NCBI RefSeq assembly: GCF_009834535.1
Contig: NC_045703.1
Location: forward strand, 47,368,001 to 47,432,000
Direction: 5' to 3'
Origin: Camelus ferus
Lineage: Eukaryota
DNA: 64,000 nucleotides
Positions 39,144 through 50,092 of the stretch are shown here, piece by piece. The translations under genes were made by a program, and so were the position numbers. The stretch's first letter is position 1; each line of letters starts with the position of its first letter. A model generated the notes under the pieces. It was not told where the DNA came from. It was given only the letters and a program-made list of their open reading frames with translations, and made no database searches.

Positions 39144-39948
39144 AGTAGATATGCATCATAAGCCAGAGTGTTAATTATTCCTCACCTTAGTATCAGCATT
39201 TCTCAAGTGTTCAGAGCTACTTAATTTCCATCATTGTGCTTATGAATGTCACAACAGAAGAAGTACGTGTACCCACATTTGGGAGACGATCCCATCAATA
39301 ATTCACTAAAATTGAAGTGCTAAAAAAATATAACTCTACTAGAGAAGGTAAAAATACTTATTTTATCATAGAAGCAAATTTTTACCTGAAGTATGCGGTT
39401 CTGGTAATGCTCCTGAAAATGTATCCTTTCTCCAAGAAAAGTAACTTGAGTATTCATTTCATTTGCTAGAAAACACTCTGGCTGCCAATATAATCACCTT
39501 GCAGCAATAACAAATAAATGTACTTGTTACCTAAATATTACCTAAATATTAACCAATCATCATGAATACAGAAAAATACACCTTGATTACAGAAAAAGAT
39601 ACTTAGGTACAAAGATTATAAATATTAAAATGAAGTAGGAAAGAAGAAATCTGGTAAGTTTTCTATTCGATTTTAATTTTTATTCCATCTTGTAAATTCT
39701 AAGTAGTATCAGGCAAGAGTGAATTATTGCTTCATAATCCAGCAGCCCCGTGATTTGTAGACTATTTATTTACTACATCAATAAAAGGGTGGACAGGCAA
39801 AAAACCCCGTGAATCCTGAATTCATACATGGATGTGAAAATATTACTACTCTGCTCGACTTAACTTGTCCTCGATTCCTCGGGAATAATGAGTTTGAGAG
39901 GGTCCAGGGAGAGCTTTTCCTGTTGCGTATTTTCTTTGTTTCCGTCAG

Positions 39949-40176
39949 NNNNNNNNNNNNNNNNNNNNNNNNNNNNNNNNNNNNNNNNNNNNNNNNNNNN
40001 NNNNNNNNNNNNNNNNNNNNNNNNNNNNNNNNNNNNNNNNNNNNNNNNNNNNNNNNNNNNNNNNNNNNNNNNNNNNNNNNNNNNNNNNNNNNNNNNNNNN
40101 NNNNNNNNNNNNNNNNNNNNNNNNNNNNNNNNNNNNNNNNNNNNNNNNNNNNNNNNNNNNNNNNNNNNNNNNNNNN
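39949..40176. other. N run, 228 nt (gap or masked sequence)
   Basis: Counted directly; begins immediately after ...tttctttgtttccgtcag. Confidence 0.99.
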
Positions 40177-42046
40177 TCAGAGGGCTGTAAGGGCTGTATT
40201 GTTTTGGTCTTAAAATCATTTTAAACAAGTTGGGTTTCTGAATTAAAAATTGCAGAGGAATAAGGAAGTCGCACATGAAATGCGATCTTACACGTTTGGT
40301 CCAAGAAACTGAAAGTTCTTACTTTGCCATAGACAACTGGAAGGAAGGCAAATTGTATTTATTTTATTGGTAGCCTTGATGGTTGATGCCATCAATAAAA
40401 ATCTGTACAGGCTCTCCGATTCTCAAGATATGTGAAAATCCAGGTGGTCTTGCCTTGGGCCTAGAGACTTGCGATTTCTGTCCCCCTTCCTGTGTCTCCC
40501 TGTTCCAAGAAAGGACCATGGGATATGGAGACTTGCCCGGACTGCTTCTGAGAAAGTGATTTCTCAATCCTGTCTCGTGCAGAGAAGGTCAATGGCTGAC
40601 CCACAAACCATTTAAAGCGGGAGGAGGAATTAAGCAATACCCTAGGAGACCAATGGCATCAGCCTTTCCCTAAAAGTTAGCTGGGACAGGAGGGCCATTC
40701 ACTAACTTTCATGACTCCTCCCCCAGCCCTCTGCTTCCCCATGACTACTGTCCAACAGCCCACATGCTGAAGTCAGCTCTGCTGTTGCTGCATTCCCATC
40801 CTCGTACGCAGAAGGAGGGTGGGACGAGTCCCATCACTTCACACAGACTTCCATCAGGAGGAGAGAAATAAAACCAACCTTTTCCTGTCAACTTCCCTAC
40901 TGGCTGTCGCACTGGAGGCCTAAGTGTTTGGGGGCATCATGTATGAGATTCACATACATCGTCCTCTGAGCGACATGGCATTTGTGTTTGTTGAGTTGAA
41001 CAAGGGCAGAAAAACACTATAGACATTGAAAATTGGCAATAATTGAAAGAAACTTTAAAAGTTATTTCTCACTGTAGTTTGTCTAATATCTACCTTCATC
41101 ATTTCATCCAGCGGTGACTTAGGAAACTCAGAGATTCAGAAATTTCCACTGAGATAAAATGGATGTGTTGGAGACTGTTTCTGAATAGTGGCAGGACTTC
41201 CCCCGAGTTCTAACACCGTCTCCTTCCCCATATCCTCCTGACCCCCAGGCCTCTAGCCAGCTCCAGCATATCCATCCTCTCTGCCTTTGAACCTTCTCTT
41301 TACTCATGCAGTTCCTCAAGGAGCCTTCTCATTGGCTCCTGGTGTTAATCTCTCAAGCACTGGAGCACGATGGAAGCAAACATGCGTGTTCTGTACCAGA
41401 AGACCATCAGTTGCACCAACATCTTGATGTATTAGGTTTGGAAATTAGGGAATGGTTCATCACAACAGTGAGGAATCTGTCCTTTTAAACTGTATTTGCT
41501 GCAAATGTGATTTGGCTTATACAAATGTGACCTGCTGAGAGGTCTGTTTCGGAGTACTCTAAGTCACAAACTGAGATATCCCTGGCATAAAGATGCCTAA
41601 AAGAGAATATGCAGATAAGTTCACATGTTCATAATTTTACAAATAAATTTGCAAATGAGATAAAGAGAGCAATTGAACAAAGGTGGAGAAGATATTGAGT
41701 TGGTTGGAACAGCATGTGAGATACTGTTTCCCCCCAATTCTGTACAATGTAACCATAAAACTTATCAAATACTGATCTGCATATCAAGATAATGGTAGTT
41801 TTCACTTCTGTTTCATTCTGCAACCAACCTATGAAGAGGAAAGCAATGCAGCATTTTTCCATCCCCCACCTTTTCCTTAAGAATTCAGTAATCCAGATAA
41901 CATGACTTTACCTGTGTATCACTTATGAGACATCACTGGCAATTGAAGAAAAAGGAAAAAAAAAAAACCAAAAACAGTTCCAGGGTGAGACATCTTCAAA
42001 GATCACATTAAAAGCACCGTTCTTAGTATGAAAGCAAAACTGTATT

Positions 42047-42200
42047 CTTTTCTTTCTTTTTAAAACAACTTTATTGAGATATAATAGACAAAAAACTGTA
42101 CATATGTAATGTATATAATTTAACGAGTTTGGAGATAAGAATAATACATAAGGAGAATAGGAGGAAACTTTTAGAGGTGATGACTATTTTACGGCATAAG
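42047..42200 (-). mobile_element. L1MB-like 3' end with inverted upstream segment
   Basis: Antisense 3' end 42047-42147 (actttattgagatataat...gagtttggagataag); sense segment 42150-42200 (ggaggaaacttttagaggtgatg). Confidence 0.75.
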
Positions 42201-44144
42201 CACTCTCTTAAAAATGAACTGTTCTCAAATTCTAATTGTCCTTTATATCTTGCCCTGGCCAAGACTTGTATATCTCCTTCTGCTAGCATACTGAACTCTA
42301 TTTCTGCTTTTTATAATAACTGGCTATGGTAACAAAACATCTATTCTATAGCAAAACTGTATTTTAAGTTGTGTAACTTATTTTTCTAAACCTCTGAAGT
42401 AAGACTAAGAGTGTCTGGCTAAATATAAAGAAGAGAATTCAATATATGTGTAAAACCAACATACCTAGCAGAGAATGTGCAAATAAATTTAAGGTTCTCC
42501 ATCTCTCTGTACCTATTCAGTAGGCAGTGTACTTCTTATACACTGATTTCTGATAGCAGAGGTGAACATGAATGAATTCCCATAATACAGTCTTTAAAAA
42601 CACGTATAACTTAACAACCCAGTAACATTAGCTTTGAGGAGACACTCGCTTTCTCATTCAGAGCATACTTCATCTTGGCATTTTCTTCAGAATTGTTACA
42701 ATGTGTGAATACATTCAGTGGGCAATAAGCAAACAGAAATTTCACATCATCTTCATCTTGGTTTGGAAGGAATAGAAACAGCATAACTGTTGGCCACGGA
42801 GACGCTGTGCCTTTCCCAAGAGACAAGAAGTGCTGGGCGTGGAGGCTTAGCTGTGGAGGCGCAAGATTACAGGTCTTGGAACAAAATATTATTCTACATG
42901 GCCCAACAAGGCATGTTATCAGATACTTAGTACTGGCTGCCTACCTGGGCAGCGCACCAAGAGGGAGAAGCGTGTGGGATAGAGAAAATAATTATTTGGA
43001 GGCTGTTATTCAACACTTAAGACCCATGTGAGGGAGCAAGGGGACAATGTCTCATACCGCAGTCTGCATTAAAATGTCTCCTACTTCTGTTTTTAGAAAT
43101 ATGTTGTTTTATTTGAGTCAAAATTTTATTTTTTAAATACAAAATTAGAACAATAGGAATAATAGCATATGGTTGAGCAAACAGAAGGGGTCACCTGCTG
43201 CTCTTGTTAGTATTAGCCACTGGGAGAGCCATGCTGAGTTGAATCTGAGGAAAAGATGAGGGTCTCCCCCTCTCAGCTGTGACTCCCTTGTCACAGGGCC
43301 CTTTGGCCCTGGAAAGCGAGTGAAGAATTGAACACCTAGAGAGATGGCTGACTCTTGGCCAGGTTACCTCTGCTTTAGGGCTAAACAGAATAAACGAGGG
43401 GCCCGTTGCAACACTGGAGAACTTTGCTTTGATAACTGAAAATCTGAAAAAGTTTGCCTGGAGAGACTCACAAGTTTGCCCTCCTGAAGAGCTTGCTATC
43501 CTGATTGCCTAAGTCTGACTTTTTTGTCTATTCTAAAATTGTCTCTGAGGATGAGCATTTTCATGTATGGACCGTAACACATAGAGTATGTGCATGTCTT
43601 TGCTTACCAGGGGTCAGATTCTCCCTGGAGTCTCTAACTGCTATTAAAAGTCACAAAACAAGTACAAGATGGTAGGATGAAGCTTGACAAATAGCTTTCT
43701 AGAGATGACATTGTGAAGTAAATTTCAAATGCTTCAAACTCTCTGTTTTATTACCATTTACTTCAAATGGTAAATTATTTAAAAAGAGATTTTATGTTTT
43801 CTCAATCATGTACTGCAAAATGAAAGACTTTGGGGAAAACATTTTAACAAACTAATAAATCTCAGTAAAGTTCCATAAATTTGCTTTTTAAAATTATTTA
43901 TTACATCAAGGCCAAATATAAATTTTATAGTTTTGTCAGAATAGTGTCTGTGGGTCTTTAAGAGTAAAGTTTTTTTTTCCCTAGAAGACATTTAATGAAA
44001 CACCAATCTCATTTCTAACTTGTTGTTACCCTTTGCAATTTTCACAGTTAGATATTATTTTGTATTACTATATCTGCTATTAAGATTTACCCAAAAGCTT
44101 GGTTTTCTCCTCTGTCTTCTTTACTCAATGACAGATCTCAATAA

Positions 44145-44182
44145 CATCATCATCGCCATCATCATCATCATTATTATCATCA
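44145..44182. repeat. (ATC/ATT)n microsatellite preceding a MIR (to about 44330)
   Basis: acatcatcatcgccatcatcatcatcattattatcatc. Confidence 0.8.
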
Positions 44183-47100
44183 TATCACTCGCTGGGAGCC
44201 CAATATATGACAGTCACTTTGTGTACATTATTTTGTTATGAAAACCCTGCAGTGTTTACAGGTGAGGCTTAGAAAGTTAAATAAGGCTCCACGGCTAGTA
44301 AGCAGTGGCTCTAGTAGAATCAGGTTTTTCCCTTTCAAAATTCTTTACTGTCCCTAATTCTGAAATAGATACAATTATCAAAAACATATAAAATACTGGC
44401 TATCTGAGCATGGCAAAAGAACATTTATAAGCATTAATATATCCATTGGAGCAAATCCTTTGCAGTTAAAATGTCCTGTGTTTGTGTCTTTAAAATCTGA
44501 GAATCTGGGGCTCTACCACACCATAAACTCTGTTGGTTTTTGTTCTGTTCTCAAAGCACTTAACTCTCTGCCAGAGAACAGTTCAAACATGTTGGAAGCA
44601 TCAAGCTTCCTGAATTGGACAATGCATAGTTTGGTTTAAAACTGATATAACAATCGGAAATTCTACTTATCCACTGAATCATATTGATTACACGCCAGAG
44701 TCTTGTTCTTTATCCTAACCACACTCTTCCTATTTTTTTTTTTTCATCTGCAGAATTCTCATAGCCTACAAAGCAAATTTCAAAAACCAATATTCAAAAG
44801 GATGAAAGGGCTTAGGTAACTTGATAAAAATTATAAAGAGGAAATCAATTTCAAAGATAACTCTAAGTATCATGAATCTATAAGTAGCATCTGAGCTCTT
44901 GACAACAAAGTCATGTTACTTTATATTTTCAGAAAATCAAAAAAGAAAAAACTTAGAATAAAAATAAAAGTAGAGATAAGGCTTAAAATTGGAAAGCAGT
45001 TGTGGAGATGGAGAGAAAGACACACAGGAATGTTTAGAAAAATCAGTTAACAGTGATCCAAAAGAGACAACCCTCGGGGCAGAGAAACATACAAAGATAA
45101 ACACTGATGGAAAATAATCAGGGCACAAGGTTTTAATTCAAAATAAATTTTCCAAATTGCGGATCCTGTTTGGAATATGTGTCTTAGAGTTTTTGTGAGC
45201 CTATTGCAGTGGGAAAGCACACTGCATTTGGAATCAGAGGTCCTGGTTTAGGTCTAGCTCAGACATCTATCTATGTTTTCTTGGAAGAGCTACTCACAGC
45301 CATGTTTTCTTACGTATAGATCAAAGAGATGCTATTAAATGCCTCCTAGTCCTAAAGAACTCAATCTAGCAGTGAGTAGAATTTAGAATGACACCTTATT
45401 CCATGGCAAGATATCATTTTCTTATCATTTACTGATACTATACTGATAACAAGCTGCTTAGAACCCAATAGCATTCAGAGAACCTATTCCTTTAAGTAGT
45501 AGCTTTACTCTGTCACTGCCACAGCTATATGTTGCTAATATTATTCCAGTATCTTCTCAGATCTTACTGTATACAGCGCATATTTGATCTTCCTTACTAT
45601 GCAAATAAAAGGTTGATATTTTAAGGTTTGTTGCTGTTCTTGAGGTCTAGATTAAATCATTGTACAACTGGTTGCTACTGTAATTTGGGTCCTCTGTAGA
45701 ATATACTTTAGTTTTTTGCTTAAATTCTCCCTATAATTGCCAAAGTAGCAAACCCTTTCATTACAAATACACAATAATGCATGAAAGTATAGCGTTGTAG
45801 TTAGAATAAATTCTAACATGGCCTAATGGATTGCATGTTAGGAAAAAAGGCAGGGTGAGTTTCACATTGGAATGTTCATACAGATTTTATGGTAACATGG
45901 ATAATTATTTTTCTTCTGGCAATAAAGAGAAGGAGTTCTTTTTCCATCTCTTTTGGTGCTTTTTAAATCCCTGCCAATACATTTGAATTGTATAAAAATA
46001 AGTTCTCTCTCCCTCTCTCTCTCACATGCACACACACATCCACACACACACACCTCTGGGCAAATCAATGGGAAATCTGGGCATTTCTCCTGTAGGAGAT
46101 GATCACTGGGGGCCGTGACTGTTGAACTGGGCTTCATTATGCATTAAGGAAGCCTAGTGCTAACTATGGGCCCATGCCGGAGTTTGAGAGGCTGGTTTGA
46201 GGGAAGGAAACAGAGAAAGGAATCAGTATTTCTCTGAACATAACTATATTTTGTCTCCTAATACGGTAACTTTTAGCTCTGTGATCTTAGGAAAGCACAG
46301 TATCCTATTCTGTAATGGAAGTATAAACATAGTATCTTTGTTGCAGAATTATCAGTAACAAATGAAAATATTCACTTCTGTGCTCTGTAAGCTCTTGAAA
46401 GAGTAACCTGTTTATTATCTTTTTTAGAGGTGGGTGGATCGACTTTTTTTTTTCTTTTTTATCAAATGAAAATAAGGGAATATTCCAACAAATAGAAGTT
46501 AAAATAAAGCAAATGGGAAACGTTCATGAGGATTATAGGAGAGATTTTTGAATTCTAGATTAACAGATGTTTAGAATGTTGGAATGAGTAAAAATCAAAT
46601 CATGAACAAATCAGATCCTTTTATCTTCATAAAAAAATGTAAATAATTAATTCTCCAGGAAGTGTTTTTAGATCTATAGAATGTATTTACACGGGAGTCA
46701 GAAAAAAAATAACTTTTCATTGAGGCTGAAACAGATTTATAGAAGTGGGGCTAACATAGACTGGTCCCTCTGTTCCCTCAAAGAGTTTACAAAACCAAAA
46801 TGGTCCCCTGGTGCAATGATATCTATTTAAAACTGTTCTTTTTTGGTCAGGGGTCTTAACTTGGAAGATTTCTTTCTTACTGGTTTTCTCAGCCATCCTG
46901 GTATGAGCAGATGTGAAAAGCATCTAATGTCAGCTAGTGTTTAGAGAATCAATAACCATTCACAAGAAAACATTAGTAGAAGTAGGCAGAAGGCAGTGAC
47001 ATAGAAGGATCCCATGTGCTTTTATCTCCAAGGTGGCCGAGAAGGTGGTCATCATGGAGAGGAAGGACCTGGGTCAGTTAAGACTCCTGTTCTTCATTTA

Positions 47101-48181
47101 CTGCATTTTACTCAAGCCTTAGTAATCACAGGACCCCAGCATGGGTGAACAAGGCAGTGGTTCAGGATCAATGAACTCCCAGTGACAGCAAGGAGCCTGG
47201 TCATTCTCCAACTACAGTGGTGCACAGTGAACAGGTACATGGCTTGCTTAAGGTAGCTGAAAAAGTGGAGATTCCACCATGACATGATAAAGAGCCCTTT
47301 CTACCATATCTCTCAGCTGTGGGACTCCTTAAAAATATCACATCCCTGTATTTTAACTAGTCTTTAACATTAGTCTATCATATCTGAAGGTATGCTTACA
47401 TGCCTGTTTATGTTTCTCATAAGTGAGAAGCCACTTTGATGAATTCAAATGCTGCATAATTAGAACTTTGTTTCATATAACGATTATTTTTTATATGGAA
47501 AAAATTGATATGGGTAGAAAACCAGTCTCTTAGAAATCAGGTTCTTAAATATGTTAAAACAGTGAAAACTACAATAAATTTGTAGAAGTGTAAGTTTTAT
47601 ATTTATTTTTGGGTATGTAAATATAGTCTACTCTTCCAATTTGCTTCTAGGGTGCTAATTAAATTATTTTGCTATATAATCTGAGGCTTTTTAAAAGTTC
47701 TAAAGTTTATAGATGTAAAATCTATACTCCTTCTATATTATAAATTTTATTTTCTAGAAAAATGAATATTGTTTTGGCCTTTATCCACAACATGTATAGG
47801 CAATGAGGGGCCATAGGCAAGAAAAGATAGTACATTGCCTATAAAACCCTCCTTTACTTGGACTTATTTAATGCATACCAAAAGCACACATTATAAAGAC
47901 AATTTATTCATGTTGTATATAAATAAGTAATAAAAAGCAGATATATTGCAGAAACAAATAGTATAAAGATTACAGCACTTACTAGATTTCAGGACTGTTG
48001 TTTCCATTTGTTTCCATAATATTTTAAAATATTTTCCAAAACGTGCAGTTTTAAATTTTGTGATATTGCACCGAAGGAAATTTGCTTCAAGTAAATTCTT
48101 AAGAAGCAGGAAACATCCTGTAGTTTGTTGTCATACCACAATAAAAAATACTCAGTTATTTACCTAAAGCATAGGTAAATA

Positions 48182-48591
48182 CAGGTTTCCCCACTATCTG
48201 AAAGTAGATCATTGATCTGAAACCTTCTGTAAGCCAAAACAGTGTGAAGCGAAGAAGCAGTTACGTTAGGACACAACTTGCTAAAGGATGCACAAAATAA
48301 ATCGAGATAAAGCACAGAGCCTCACGGACACAGTTCAAAGCTATGGTAGCGAGATGCTGGGCGCAGTTTCCAGGGAAGGATCCTGGGGGAGCCACTCTTG
48401 CTGCCTCTATTCAGCTAACTGCAAAACAAACACTGACTACTATTTTCACTTTTCACCTTTTTTTTTTTTTTAAAAAAAAAAGCAAAAATCCTTTCTAGAT
48501 TTCTTCCTGTTAGTGAAAATAGGTATTAATGTAGATCTTTTGTAAAAGTGAAGTGGACGAAAGAGAACTTTCGAAAAGCGAGAGAGACCAG
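48182..48591. mobile_element. TcMar-Tigger-type MITE, full length
   Basis: Degenerate TIRs caggtttccccactatctgaaagt / actttcgaaaagcgagagagaccag, TA on both sides (48180-81, 48592-93). Confidence 0.8.
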
Positions 48592-49084
48592 TAATTCTTA
48601 TAACACTCATTTGGGCCTCCGTTTTACTGATACCGACATGATGGGAACATTGTTTATGCAAAATCTTGGACTTACACTTGAAATTGTTTGCTTCTTTTTG
48701 CTTTTATTTATTGGAACGGTGAAGATGGAAAACCAGGAGCACCCGGGAGCACATTTCAGAGGAAGCTCTGAGGGCAGGAGGTAGACCATGTTCCTGACTG
48801 CCATCAGGAACTGGGCCACGGGAACACGGATGTCACTTTCCCAAAGGTACATGAATTAGGTACATCTTTATTTTCATGTTCTGGTCTCTCTCTTTCCACT
48901 ACAATATTTCTGTTTTTCTATTTATTTTTTATGAGTCTTTATTAGCTATGGTCATGAGAGAGAGCACTGATACCCATCAAAGGCAGTGCTCTGAAAATTT
49001 TCAGCAATAATGACTGCTAACGTTTTTTTGAATGCTAGGTGTCAAGTACTTGATTGAATTCTTCATTTTTAAAGACACTTGTTT

Positions 49085-49900
49085 TTATTGTTCAATGCCT
49101 TGGACAAAGAAAGAAGTTTTATCAAAATTGCAAGTGACACAAAATTAGGAGGATTAGCTAATGAGTTAGTTAGAATGTTTGTATTTTATAAGCTTGAAAG
49201 ACTGGTTGGAACAAAGAAGTTGAAATGCAACAGTATAAACAAAAAAACCTTACGTTTAGATTCAAATAATCAATTTCTTGGATGGATAATGGTGAAAATC
49301 TGATTTGGTAGTAAGTGTAAAAATACTTCAGGTTTTACTGCAAGTTCATGTAACACAAGAGTGTGGCTCTCTTGCTAAACACCTAACTCAGTCCATCCTC
49401 TATTAACTGCAACATGGCGTCCACATCACGGGAATTATTAGTCTAACCTCATTCACTGCCGGTCACACAGGAAGTGCTGGACACCACACTTAAGGGGAGA
49501 AGTTGACAGCAAACTGGAACATGTTCAAAGGAGGGATGGTGAAGGGTCTGGAAACCATATCATACAAGGAATAACGGAGGAATGTGTTCATTTAACCTGA
49601 GAAAATGACGAGTTGTGTTAAAAATTTCAAAGGCTGTTCCACAGAAGAGGTCAGTTTTTCTGCAGAGTTATAGAACTACAAGTGAACAGGGGTAGTCACA
49701 GGGCAGTAAATTTGAGCTCATGGAAGAAAATACTTTTCTGACAATTAAAATGATCACGAACGGGCTGAGACAGTAACAGTGAGTTGCTGGCCACTGAGAC
49801 TGCAGGCAGGGTCTGTGTGCCCACCTGTCAGAGCAGTAAAAGAAGATAGTCAGGGCTGCAAAGTCTTTTTGAGTTGAGGTAGAATCTATGAGAATCTATG
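49085..49900 (+). mobile_element. CR1/L3 LINE 3' fragment
   Basis: RT remnant IKIASDTKLGG (CR1 SKFADDTKLGG-like) in ORF 49079-49303; atggtgaagggtctggaaaccatatcatacaaggaa. Confidence 0.8.
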
Positions 49901-50024
49901 ACAGAAGTTTTATTTACTTCCTTTAAGAAGCATGGTCAGGATCTCAGGCAAAATTTCCATGACAAACCAATTAGGATATTCTTATGCCTTCGGGGAAAGT
50001 GGTTCCCTAAAGCTGAGGCTCCCT

Positions 50025-50054
50025 CCAACACAGACAGACACACAGACACACACA

Positions 50055-50089
<35 letters not shown>
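50025..50089. repeat. (CA)n microsatellite with CAGA variants
   Basis: caacacagacagacacacagacacacacagacacacacacacacacacacacacacacacacac. Confidence 0.95.

Positions 50090-50092
<3 letters not shown>

Noticed and set aside
48458-48481. T14-A10 palindrome as a special hairpin or terminator
   Set aside because: It lies inside the Tigger-type MITE and is explained by homopolymer expansion and CpG decay of the element's own T/A tracts.
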